Below, piece by piece: positions 54,659 through 63,141 of a stretch of 64,000 nt of DNA. Numbering within the stretch: position 1 is the first letter of the stretch; every line of letters starts with the position of its first letter. The notes below the pieces were generated by a model, which had not been told where the DNA came from, searched no databases, and worked only from the letters and a program-made list of their open reading frames with translations. Source of the stretch: an uncultured Desulfatibacillum sp. (GTDB lineage Bacteria; Desulfobacterota; Desulfobacteria; Desulfobacterales; SpSt-501). Location of the stretch: positions 15,984-79,983 of the forward strand of contig CAZLSV010000014.1 of NCBI GenBank assembly GCA_964562235.1. Direction: 5' to 3'. The position numbers and the translations under genes are program-made.

Positions 54659-56341
54659 ATGAGCGATCAACCGAACAAGATCATCTATTCGATGATCCGC
54701 GTCAGCAAATATTACGACAAGCGGCCGGTGCTGGAAGATATCTCGCTTTCTTATTTCTACGGCGCCAAGATCGGGGTGCTCGGACTGAACGGCTCGGGCA
54801 AGAGCTCTCTGCTGCGTATCCTGGCCGGCGTGGACAAGGAGTTCGTCGGCCAGACCGTGATCTCACCCGGGCTGACCGTCGGCTTTCTCGAACAGGAACC
54901 CCGGCTGGACGAAGCCAAGACGGTGCGGGAAGTGGTGGAAGAGGCGGTCCGGGGCACCGTGGACCTCATCGAGGAGTTCAACCGGATCAACGAAAAGCTC
55001 GCCGAGCCCATGTCCGACGAGGAGATGAGCAAGACGCTCGACCGGCAGTCGGCGATCCAGGAAAAGCTCGATGCCCTGGACGCCTGGGACCTCGATTCGC
55101 GCCTCGAGATGGCGATGGATGCCCTGCGCTGCCCGCCGGGGGACACGCCCGTGAAGGTGGTCTCCGGCGGTGAGCGCCGGCGCGTGGCCCTGTGCCGGCT
55201 CCTGCTGCAGAAACCGGACATTCTGCTGCTGGACGAACCGACCAACCACCTGGATGCCGAGACCGTCGCCTGGCTGGAGCACCACCTTCAGCAGTACCCG
55301 GGAACGGTCATCGCCGTGACCCACGACCGCTACTTCCTCGACAACGTCGCGGGATGGATCCTCGAACTCGACCGCGGCCGGGGCATTCCCTGGAAGGGCA
55401 ACTACTCCTCCTGGCTGGAGCAGAAGCAGGCCCGGCTGAAGCAGGAGGAAAAATCCGAAAGCAAACGCCAGAAGACCCTCGAGCGCGAGCTGGAGTGGAT
55501 CCGCATGGCGCCCAAGGCGCGCCAGGCCAAGTCCAAGGCGCGCATCACGGCCTATGAGAAGCTTCTGACCCAGGACACGGCCAAGCGCGTGGAGGATCTC
55601 GAAATCTACATCCCTCCCGGGCCCCGGCTGGGCAACCTCGTGGTCGACGCTCAGGGCGTCTCGAAGAGCTACTCGAACCGGCTGCTCGTGGAAAACGTCT
55701 CCTTCGCCCTGCCCCCCGGGGGCATCGTGGGGGTCATCGGCCCGAACGGGGCCGGCAAGACCACGCTGTTTCGCATGATCACCGGCCAGGAGACGCCCGA
55801 CGCCGGCACCATCCGCATCGGCGACACGGTGAAACTCGGCTACGTCGACCAGAGCCGCGACAGCCTGGACCCCGACAAATCCGCCTGGGAGGTGATCGCG
55901 GACGGCCAGGACCTGATCGAGCTGGGCAAGGTCCAGGTGAAATCCCGCGCCTACGCCGCGCGCTTCAACTTCTCCGGCAGCGATCAGCAGAAGAAGGTGG
56001 GGATGCTCTCCGGCGGGGAGCGCAACCGGGTGCACCTGGCGCGCATGCTCAAGTCGGGGGCCAACGTGCTGCTGCTGGACGAGCCGACCAACGATCTGGA
56101 CGTCAACACGCTCCGGGCGCTGGAGGAAGCGCTCGAGGGCTTCGCCGGGTGCGCGGTCGTCATCAGCCACGACCGCTGGTTCCTTGATCGGATCGTCACC
56201 CACATCCTGGCCTTCGAGGGCGAAAGCAGCGTGCTCTGGTTCGAGGGCAATTACTCGGAATACGAGGCCGACCGGCGCAAGCGTTTAGGCGCCGAGGCCG
56301 ATCAGCCGCACCGGATCAAGTATCGGCACCTGACGAGATAG
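54659..56341 (+). CDS. ettA: ABC-F translational throttle protein EttA
   Basis: The N-terminus [47 protein letters not shown] is EttA-like. Two ABC domains are joined by a linker (SWLEQKQARLKQEE). The length is 560 aa. Confidence 0.9.
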   Translation: MSDQPNKIIYSMIRVSKYYDKRPVLEDISLSYFYGAKIGVLGLNGSGKSSLLRILAGVDKEFVGQTVISPGLTVGFLEQEPRLDEAKTVREVVEEAVRGTVDLIEEFNRINEKLAEPMSDEEMSKTLDRQSAIQEKLDALDAWDLDSRLEMAMDALRCPPGDTPVKVVSGGERRRVALCRLLLQKPDILLLDEPTNHLDAETVAWLEHHLQQYPGTVIAVTHDRYFLDNVAGWILELDRGRGIPWKGNYSSWLEQKQARLKQEEKSESKRQKTLERELEWIRMAPKARQAKSKARITAYEKLLTQDTAKRVEDLEIYIPPGPRLGNLVVDAQGVSKSYSNRLLVENVSFALPPGGIVGVIGPNGAGKTTLFRMITGQETPDAGTIRIGDTVKLGYVDQSRDSLDPDKSAWEVIADGQDLIELGKVQVKSRAYAARFNFSGSDQQKKVGMLSGGERNRVHLARMLKSGANVLLLDEPTNDLDVNTLRALEEALEGFAGCAVVISHDRWFLDRIVTHILAFEGESSVLWFEGNYSEYEADRRKRLGAEADQPHRIKYRHLTR

Positions 56342-56347
56342 GAGCCC

Positions 56348-56459
56348 GTGTTAAGTTTTACGTTTTAGGTGTTAAAAAAAAACGATTGTGTTTTGCCAGA
56401 GACAGCCAACGTGCCTCTACCTCTTTTGGCTTAACACTTAATCACTTAAAACTTAAAAC
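56348..56459. repeat. AT-rich inverted repeat with TTAAGT/ACTTAA heptamer sub-repeats
   Basis: The left arm GTGTTAAGTTTTACGTTTTAGGTGTTAA (56348-56375) matches the reverse complement of TTAACACTTAATCACTTAAAACTTAAAAC (56431-56459) at about 23/29 by eye. The right arm supplies the last codons and stop of the RluA-family gene. Confidence 0.7.
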
Positions 56460-57222
56460 TGTCCTTTGAGTAGTCCTCCCAGTTCCAAAACGGTGACCCG
56501 GGCGTTTCAAGCCCCGGCCAGGGCCAGCCGCTGGGAAGCGGGGCATCGAAGGCAAGCGTCTCGCCCCGGGTGGGGTGCTCGAAGGCGATGCGGCTGGCGA
56601 AAAGGGCGATCGCGCGGGACGGCAGGGCGCACGGGGCGCCGTAGCGCACATCGCCCACGATCGGGCAGCCGACGTGGGACAGCTGCAGCCGGATCTGATG
56701 CTTGCGGCCGGTCTCCAGCTCGATTTCAACGAGGCTGCGGCCGCCGCCGGCATCCCGCACGCGGTAGGCGAGGCGGGCCTCGCGGCCGAGCGGGGTCGCG
56801 TGCGGCACGATCCGGACCGCCCGGTCCCGACGCTCGAGGCAATGCATCAGCCGCCCTTCTTCGGAGGGGGGCCGCCCTTCGACCACCGCCAGATAGACCT
56901 TGCGCATCCGCCGGTTTCGGATCTGCGCGCTCAGGCGGGCGGCCGATTTGGAGGTGCGGGCAAAGACCATGGCGCCCGCCACCGGGCGGTCCAGGCGGTG
57001 CACCAACCCCAGAAAAACCCGGCCCGGCTTGTGATGACGCGTTTTGATCCAGGCCTTGGCTAAATCCAGAAGGTTGGCCTCGCCGGTCTCGTCCCCCTGG
57101 GAGAGCAGGCCGGCCGGCTTGTAAACGACCAGCAGGTGGTTGTCTTCGAAGAAAACCGGCCAGCGCTCATGCAGAAACGGAATCATGGATCCACCCGCGC
57201 GTGGGTTGTTGGAATAGGGCAT
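56446..57222 (-). CDS. RluA-family pseudouridine synthase
   Basis: The catalytic motif is VHRLDRPVAGAMVFARTS, with a downstream GRKHQIRLQL. The start is ATG 57222 or 57186. Confidence 0.8.
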   Translation of the reverse strand: MPYSNNPRAGGSMIPFLHERWPVFFEDNHLLVVYKPAGLLSQGDETGEANLLDLAKAWIKTRHHKPGRVFLGLVHRLDRPVAGAMVFARTSKSAARLSAQIRNRRMRKVYLAVVEGRPPSEEGRLMHCLERRDRAVRIVPHATPLGREARLAYRVRDAGGGRSLVEIELETGRKHQIRLQLSHVGCPIVGDVRYGAPCALPSRAIALFASRIAFEHPTRGETLAFDAPLPSGWPWPGLETPGSPFWNWEDYSKDSFKF

Positions 57223-57293
57223 TTGCCGGAGTGATTATTAAACTGTCATTAAATATGCCAAGCTCAGCATCTTGTGCAGAGGCGGAGCAATAA

Positions 57294-58757
57294 ATGCAGC
57301 CGTCTCCATCTTCACACCGCGCTCCTCCGGACATGGAGCAGATGAACGCCGTTTTGCGTTCCTGCGACATTCGACTCTCCCAGCTTCAACTCCGGCAGCT
57401 CTGGGCCTATCACAGCCTTCTGCGCGAAGGCAATGCCGATTTGAACCTGACGCGGGTCCACAATTTCACCAACATGGTGACCAAGCTCTACGTGGACTCG
57501 ATGCTGCCGGCGGACCTTCTGGAGCTGCCCTCGCCGCTGCTCGATCTGGGCACCGGGCCCGGCATGCCGGGAATCCCGCTCAAGATCTACCGCCCGGCGC
57601 TCGACATGGTCCTCGCGGAGACCCGCGGTAACCGCGTGGAGTTTCTCAGCCGCGCGCTCGAGCATTTGGCCTTGAAGGGAATTCGCGTGGTCGGCGGCCG
57701 GGTCACGGCGCGCTTCGAGGAGCCGGTGGCCGGGGTGATCACCCGGGCCGTCGAGACCATCGACAAGACCCTGGAGCGAGTGGCCGGCTGCCTGGCCCGG
57801 GACGGGCTGGTGATTTTCATGAAGGGCCCGCACTGCGATGAAGAGATCGAGCTGGCCCGGACCCGCTTCCCGGACACCTACGCGCTCCTGATCGACCGGC
57901 CGTACAGCATCCCCCGCACGCGCCATGCCCGCCGGCTGGTCGTTTACCGACGCCTGGACGATCCGCTCTACCGCCGCCGCGCGAGAGCCATGGAGGGCCA
58001 TTCCGTGCGCACCATCAGCAGCGACCAGAACCCCGTCTTCAAGGACCTCAAAAAAAGCCTGACCGGCCGTGGCATCCGCAAGACGGGCCAGGCGCTGGCG
58101 GCCGGTGAAAAGCTGGTGGCCGAAATTTTGGCGGCGCACCCCGAGGTCTGCCTGGCATGGGTGAGCGGCCATGATCAACCGCCGCCCGATGCCGCCCCCC
58201 GCCTCCACTGGTATCAGCTGACCCCCGAGCTGCTGGGGGAGCTCGATATCTTCGGCACCCGCGCCCCGCTGCTGCTCATCCGCCTGCCCGAGATGCCGGT
58301 CTGGACGCCGTCGGAAGTGTTTCCGGCCGGTGCCAGTGTGCTCATTCCCTTTCAGGACCCGGAAAACGTGGGTGCCGCCATCCGGTCGGCGGCGGCTTTC
58401 GGCGCGACGCAGGCGATTCTGCTGGCGGAGAGCGCCAACCCTTTCCACCCGAAAGCCCTGCGCGCCTCCGGCGGCGCCGTGCTGAGCCTGCCGCTGCGCC
58501 AAGGGCCCGCCCTCGATGCCATCCCGCACGAACTGCCCGTAGTCGCCCTGTCGGCCGAGGGGACCGACATCCGTCAGGCGGCGTTCCCACCCGCCTTCGG
58601 CCTGTTGCCCGGCCTGGAAGGCCCGGGCCTGCCGGAGCCCTGGCGCCGCCGCGCCGTGCGCATCCCCATCCGACCGGAAGTGGAGTCGCTCAACGCCGCC
58701 GCGGCGACGGCGGTGGCCCTCTATGAGTGGAAACGACGAATGGACGCTGGAACATGA
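57294..58757 (+). CDS. Fusion protein: an RsmG-type 16S rRNA m7G methyltransferase domain plus a SpoU/TrmH-family (SPOUT) RNA 2'-O-methyltransferase domain
   Basis: The N-terminal about 215 aa carry RsmG-like motifs (LNLTRV, LLDLGTGPGMPGIPLKI, VLAETRGNRVEFL, GVITRAVE). The C-terminal about 260 aa carry SPOUT motifs (IPFQDPENVGAAIRSAAAFGA, LLPGLEGPGLP, RIPIRPEVESLNAAAATAVALYEW). The frame is continuous with no internal stop. Confidence 0.75.
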   Translation: MQPSPSSHRAPPDMEQMNAVLRSCDIRLSQLQLRQLWAYHSLLREGNADLNLTRVHNFTNMVTKLYVDSMLPADLLELPSPLLDLGTGPGMPGIPLKIYRPALDMVLAETRGNRVEFLSRALEHLALKGIRVVGGRVTARFEEPVAGVITRAVETIDKTLERVAGCLARDGLVIFMKGPHCDEEIELARTRFPDTYALLIDRPYSIPRTRHARRLVVYRRLDDPLYRRRARAMEGHSVRTISSDQNPVFKDLKKSLTGRGIRKTGQALAAGEKLVAEILAAHPEVCLAWVSGHDQPPPDAAPRLHWYQLTPELLGELDIFGTRAPLLLIRLPEMPVWTPSEVFPAGASVLIPFQDPENVGAAIRSAAAFGATQAILLAESANPFHPKALRASGGAVLSLPLRQGPALDAIPHELPVVALSAEGTDIRQAAFPPAFGLLPGLEGPGLPEPWRRRAVRIPIRPEVESLNAAAATAVALYEWKRRMDAGT

Positions 58758-59632
58758 ACCCGATCGCGCCCAGCCACCTGAAACCGCCGGAACCCCTTGT
58801 CCCCGGCGGCGTGTACCTCTGCCAGGTCAGCGACACCGTGTCCTGCGGCGCCTGCTGCGGCCTTTACAACTGCCCGGATGCCTCCCGGGACCGGCTGCAT
58901 GCGCTCCTGGTCTACCGCACCGAAACCTTCCGACCGGTTGCGCGCGACATCGACGCCATCGACGCCTTCCGGCTGGAGACGGAACGCCGCGAACAATGCG
59001 CGCGGCCGTACCTTGATTTCTACGCGTGCCCGTTTCTCGGACTCATCGGCCCTCGCGGCTCGCGGCCCGGCTGCCTGCTCCACCCCCTGGCCGACGGAAA
59101 CGGCGGGATCGACTACCGCGGGTTGAGCTTCTACGGCGGACTGGCTTGCCGCGACTACTTCTGCCCTACCTACCGGAACCTGCCGGCCGCCCACAAAGAA
59201 ATCGTTACGGCGGCTTGCGCGGACTGGTACCTCTACGGGCTCGTGATCACCGAGGAGCGGCTGCTGGCCGCGCTCTTTGGGCATATTGAACACCGGTTGG
59301 GCCGGCCGCTGGCCCCGGCCGAGGTCAACGCCAGCCAACCGGCCCGGGACGCGCTGCGGGAGCTGTTCGGCGCCAAAATCAACTGGCCCTACCATGGGCC
59401 GGACTGGAAAGGCCCCGGCAACTACTTTTTCAACGACGGGCTTTACCGGCCCGCGCCCATCGACTACCAGCGGATCGACGCCCGGCCGTCCGTTCACGAC
59501 GGCATTCTGCGCGAGCTCTCTTCAGTGTTCGAATCCGCAGCCCACCTGGCGGCGGCCGAGGCCCGGGTCGAAGATCTCCTCTCCCGGGTGCTCAGCGGCG
59601 TGGATGCGCCGAGTTCCGGGCCGGGCTATTGA
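58754..59632 (+). CDS. Cysteine-cluster protein (YkgJ/CxxCxxCC-like putative Zn/Fe-chelating domain)
   Basis: The ATG at 58754 overlaps the upstream stop (ATGA). The Cys cluster is VSCGACCGLYNC, with further conserved-looking Cys (YACPF, GCLLHP, GLACRDYFCP). Confidence 0.55.
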   Translation: MNPIAPSHLKPPEPLVPGGVYLCQVSDTVSCGACCGLYNCPDASRDRLHALLVYRTETFRPVARDIDAIDAFRLETERREQCARPYLDFYACPFLGLIGPRGSRPGCLLHPLADGNGGIDYRGLSFYGGLACRDYFCPTYRNLPAAHKEIVTAACADWYLYGLVITEERLLAALFGHIEHRLGRPLAPAEVNASQPARDALRELFGAKINWPYHGPDWKGPGNYFFNDGLYRPAPIDYQRIDARPSVHDGILRELSSVFESAAHLAAAEARVEDLLSRVLSGVDAPSSGPGY

Positions 59633-59703
59633 ACTCGGCGGCCCGCCTGTGATATAGATAGTCTTTTAACCACAGCAATCGAATTTTACCGGGAGGAAAA
59701 CGA

Positions 59704-59814
59704 ATGGGAAAAGGTGATCGTCGCTCCAAAAAAGGAAAAATCTGGCGTGGGACCCACGGCAATGCGCGCCCCAAGAAGAAAAAAACCAGCGAGAAAGACT
59801 CCGCGCAGTCCTGA
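59704..59814 (+). CDS. 30S ribosomal protein THX (bTHX), 36 aa; absent from the ORF track because it is under 60 aa
   Basis: GGGAGG lies 8 nt upstream of the ATG at 59704. My own translation is [36 protein letters not shown]. The GKGDRR..(R/K)GKIWRGT.G..RP.K core matches what I remember of Thermus THX. Confidence 0.75.
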   Translation: MGKGDRRSKKGKIWRGTHGNARPKKKKTSEKDSAQS

Positions 59815-59819
59815 TTTAC

Positions 59820-59890
59820 GTTATTGTCCCGGCCGCCAAAAATGCCACGCCTCGTTCGGGCGAGGGCGCAGCGGAGTGCCGGAACAATAA
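59820..59890. repeat. Palindromic intergenic element, copy 3 of the family (terminator-like, immediately after THX)
   Basis: TTATTGTCCCGGC (59821-59833) pairs with GCCGGAACAATAA (59878-59890) at 12/13. The inner hairpin is CGCCTCG..CGAGGGCG. GTTATTGTCCCG matches the family 12-mer at 10/12. Confidence 0.55.
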
Positions 59891-60031
59891 AATGCACAAA
59901 GCAGGCCGGCTGTTTTACGAACATTCGTGTCAGGAAGGCCCCCGCCGTGGACCCACCACCGGGCGGCATTTGACCCGCGAGCGTTTGGTCGTGAAAACGC
60001 CGGCCTTTCTTTTTTCTGTAAAGGAGCCCGC

Positions 60032-60631
60032 ATGAACGCGAAGCCGTCAAACCCACGTACCCCCGACTGGGACATCGACAGCATGTTCACCGACCGCTGG
60101 TCGCCCCGGGCCTTTGCATCTGACCCGCTCTCGGACCGGGAGATCCAGACGCTCTTCGAGGCCGCGCGCTGGGCGCCGTCCTGTTACAACGAGCAGCCCT
60201 GGCTGTTCGTCTACGCCACCGAGCCGGAGCAACGCGGTCGGCTCGCGGCCTGCCTGGTCTCGAAAAACCAGGTTTGGGCCGGCCGGGCGCCGCTGCTGAT
60301 GTTCATCCTGGCTCGGCGCCATTTCCAAAAAACGGGCAAGGAGAACCGCCACGCGCCGTACGACGCCGGCGCCGCCTGGATGGCGCTGGCGCTGCAGGCG
60401 CGCAAACTCGGGCTGTATGCGCATGCCATGGCCGGCTTCAACCTCGACAAGGCTTACGAGGCGCTGGGCGTTTCGCGGGAGGAGTATCTCGTGATGGCCG
60501 CCATTGCGGTGGGCCGCAAAACCGAAGACTCCGGGCTGCCCGAGGATTTGCGCACCATGGAAAGCCCGAACACCCGCAAGCCCCACGCGGAGGTGGCCAC
60601 CTGCGAATTCCCGTTGTCGCGCCCCGCTTAA
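60032..60631 (+). CDS. Nitroreductase-family protein
   Basis: AAGGAG precedes the ATG at 60032. Motifs are RWSPRAF, LFEAARWAPSCYNEQPW and LALQARKLGLYAHAMAGF. Confidence 0.8.
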   Translation: MNAKPSNPRTPDWDIDSMFTDRWSPRAFASDPLSDREIQTLFEAARWAPSCYNEQPWLFVYATEPEQRGRLAACLVSKNQVWAGRAPLLMFILARRHFQKTGKENRHAPYDAGAAWMALALQARKLGLYAHAMAGFNLDKAYEALGVSREEYLVMAAIAVGRKTEDSGLPEDLRTMESPNTRKPHAEVATCEFPLSRPA

Positions 60632-60777
60632 CATACCCCGACCTTCGAGGAGAAAATCGCAGTTGATTATTCGGCGGGAGTGGCTTCCAGCCACGATCTG
60701 ATGCGGTTGATAGAATCACCTTCTCGATCGCGGCAGGATGCCGCTCCCACAAGACAGAGACCCACTTTCTATCGCAA

Positions 60778-61554
60778 ATGAACTCAATTCTCCTCTCCCT
60801 CGTCGACACCCACGCCCACCTGTGCAGCCCGGAATTCGATCACGACCGGGACGAAGTTCTCGCTCGGGCATACGCGGCGGGCGTCGGGGCCGTCATTGCC
60901 GTCGGCGAAACCCTGGCGGATGCGGAAGGAAACCTCGCTCTGGCCGGAAAATTCCCCATGGTGAAACCCGCGGCCGGGCTCTATCCCACCGTTCTCGACG
61001 GTGATCACGCCGCCAAGATGCATACCTTCATCCGCCAGCACCGTGCGCAGCTGGCTGCCATCGGCGAGGTGGGCCTGGATCACTGGGGGGTCCAGGAAGA
61101 ACCGGACCGAGAGGTGCAGCGCGAGATTTTCGCAGGCTTCATCCGCCTGTCGAAGGAGCTGGACCTTCCGCTGAATGTGCATTCGCGTTCGGCCGGCCGG
61201 CCGGCGGTCGCTTTGCTGCTCGAAGAGGGCGCCACCCGTGTGCAGCTGCACGCTTTCGACGGCAAGGCCTCGACGGCCCTGCCGGCGGTCGAGGCCGGAT
61301 ATTTCTTCTCCATCCCCCCCTCGGTGGTGCGCTCCCGGCAGAAGCAGAAGTTGGTCAAGCATCTGCCGCTCACCTGCTTGTTGGTTGAAACCGACAGCCC
61401 CGTGCTGGGGCCCGAACCCGGCTTCCGCAACGAGCCCGCCAACCTGCCCTTGGCCATCCGCGCCATCGCCGAAATCAAAGGCCTCTGCGCCCAGCAGGTG
61501 GTCGAAGCCGTTGACGCCAACACGATGCGCCTGTATGGGCCTCTGGTGCATTGA
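60778..61554 (+). CDS. TatD-family metal-dependent hydrolase
   Basis: Motifs are LVDTHAHL, AIGEVGLD, LNVHSR, HAF and VETDSP, in the TatD order. Confidence 0.85.
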   Translation: MNSILLSLVDTHAHLCSPEFDHDRDEVLARAYAAGVGAVIAVGETLADAEGNLALAGKFPMVKPAAGLYPTVLDGDHAAKMHTFIRQHRAQLAAIGEVGLDHWGVQEEPDREVQREIFAGFIRLSKELDLPLNVHSRSAGRPAVALLLEEGATRVQLHAFDGKASTALPAVEAGYFFSIPPSVVRSRQKQKLVKHLPLTCLLVETDSPVLGPEPGFRNEPANLPLAIRAIAEIKGLCAQQVVEAVDANTMRLYGPLVH

Positions 61555-61759
61555 CAAATACCCTGTAAAAAGACGGAAGGGCTCCTTGCCTGGGAGGAAG
61601 AATCACCCCGAACATTCCCCTCCCCGTGCGGGAGGGGCCAGGGGAGGGGGAATTTGGCATCGCCCGTGACAACTTAGATCGGCTGAGCCTCGCCAATCGC
61701 CTGAAAATGCTTTATAGTGCAGCCGAACGATTTCACCCCGTCGCAAGGAGACACTAAAG

Positions 61760-62050
61760 ATGCTCGCCTACTTCGTCCACGACCCGCGCAAAACCCAGGA
61801 CACCATCTATCTGCCCGACCTGGGCTGTTTCGTTCCGGTCGACCCGAAAGCCATGGAACGTTTCATTTCGGTCAAGCCCGACTTCGCCAACTGGACGGGC
61901 CAGGCCTGCGCCGTCGTCACGCCTGAGGAGTTCGGGACCGTGATCGCCACCCGCGACGACCAGGGGGACGTCTGCATCGTCCGCCAGGAGTTGTGGCGCG
62001 AACGGATGCTCGCCAACCTGGGGAACCCCTTGGACATGAGCCGACAGTAA
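61760..62050 (+). CDS. Hypothetical 96-aa protein
   Basis: AAGGAG lies 9 nt upstream of the ATG at 61760. No motif recognised. Confidence 0.4.
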   Translation: MLAYFVHDPRKTQDTIYLPDLGCFVPVDPKAMERFISVKPDFANWTGQACAVVTPEEFGTVIATRDDQGDVCIVRQELWRERMLANLGNPLDMSRQ

Positions 62051-62082
62051 TTTTACCATACCGGGAAAAGGAGCTGCCTCCC

Positions 62083-62862
62083 ATGGGTTCATCCTCGTTG
62101 CGCGAATACATGGAGTTCGCCGTCCAGACCGCCCATGAAGCCGGCCGGCTGACCCTCGGTTATTTCCGGACCGAGCTGCAACCGGAGATGAAGGCCGACG
62201 ACTCGCCGGTCACGGCGGCCGACCGCAAGGCGGAGGAGCTGATCCGCGCTCGGATCGAACGCCGCTTCCCCGGGCATTGCATCGTCGGGGAGGAGTTCGG
62301 CGCAACCGGCGCCGACGCATCCGCGCCCTGCTGGTGGATCGATCCCATCGACGGCACCAAGGCCTTTGTGCGCGGGGTGCCGCTTTACGGGGTCCTCATC
62401 GGGTTGGAGATCGAAAAACGCATCGTCGCCGGGGCGGCCTATTTCCCGGCCCTCGATGAAATGATCTATGCGGCCGACGGGGCCGGGTGTTATTTGAACG
62501 GCCGGCGCTGCCGGGTCAGCGGCGCTCAGCGCCTGGCGGCCAGCATTATATCCTTCACCAACGCCGCCAATTTCACGGCGGCCGGCCGCGAAGCGTCATG
62601 GAAGCGGTTTGTCGATGTGGCCTATCACAGCGTCGGCTGGTCGGACGCCTACGGACACGCCCTGGTGGCCGCCGGCCGCCTGGAGCTCATGCTGGACCCC
62701 ATAATGAACCCTTACGACTGCGGACCTTTTCCGGTCATTTTGCGGGAGGCCGGCGGCTATTTCGGGGACTGGTCGGGCAATGAAACCATCCACGGCAACG
62801 AGGCGCTCAGCACGAGCCGTGAGCTCCTTCCGGAGGTGCTGGCCCTGGTACGGGGGGACTGA
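62083..62862 (+). CDS. Inositol monophosphatase-family phosphatase (SuhB/HisN-like)
   Basis: The ATG at 62083 follows AAAAGGAG. Motifs are VTAADRKAEE, GEEFG, WWIDPIDGTKAF and GWSDAYG. Confidence 0.8.
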   Translation: MGSSSLREYMEFAVQTAHEAGRLTLGYFRTELQPEMKADDSPVTAADRKAEELIRARIERRFPGHCIVGEEFGATGADASAPCWWIDPIDGTKAFVRGVPLYGVLIGLEIEKRIVAGAAYFPALDEMIYAADGAGCYLNGRRCRVSGAQRLAASIISFTNAANFTAAGREASWKRFVDVAYHSVGWSDAYGHALVAAGRLELMLDPIMNPYDCGPFPVILREAGGYFGDWSGNETIHGNEALSTSRELLPEVLALVRGD

Positions 62863-62954
62863 AGGCTGGCGCCCCATCCGATATGGCCTATTCAGGCGAA
62901 TCATCTGCGCGAGCGCCCTTGCCGAAACGATGCGATGCATTAATGTTTTTGTAT

Positions 62955-63066
62955 TTATTACTCCGTCAAATAAATAGGTACAACGGCAGCCGTTGTCAGG
63001 GGGAGCGGGGTGTCCGCCTCTGTGGGAGATACGAGAACTATGTTTATTCGGTCACCGAAGTAATAA
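62955..63066. repeat. Palindromic intergenic element, copy 4 of the family (upstream of mscL)
   Basis: TTATTACTCCG (62955-62965) pairs with CGAAGTAATAA (63056-63066) at 10/11. The inner hairpin is ACAACGG-CAG-CCGTTGT (62980-62996). GTACAACGGCAGCCGTTG matches 45074-45091 at 17/18. Confidence 0.6.
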
Positions 63067-63141
63067 TCGGCAGAGGAAGAGAGGCTTCCTTTGCGTCTTG
63101 GGGGGGAAACCTTAAGGGGAAACCTTAAAAGGAGGTGGATC

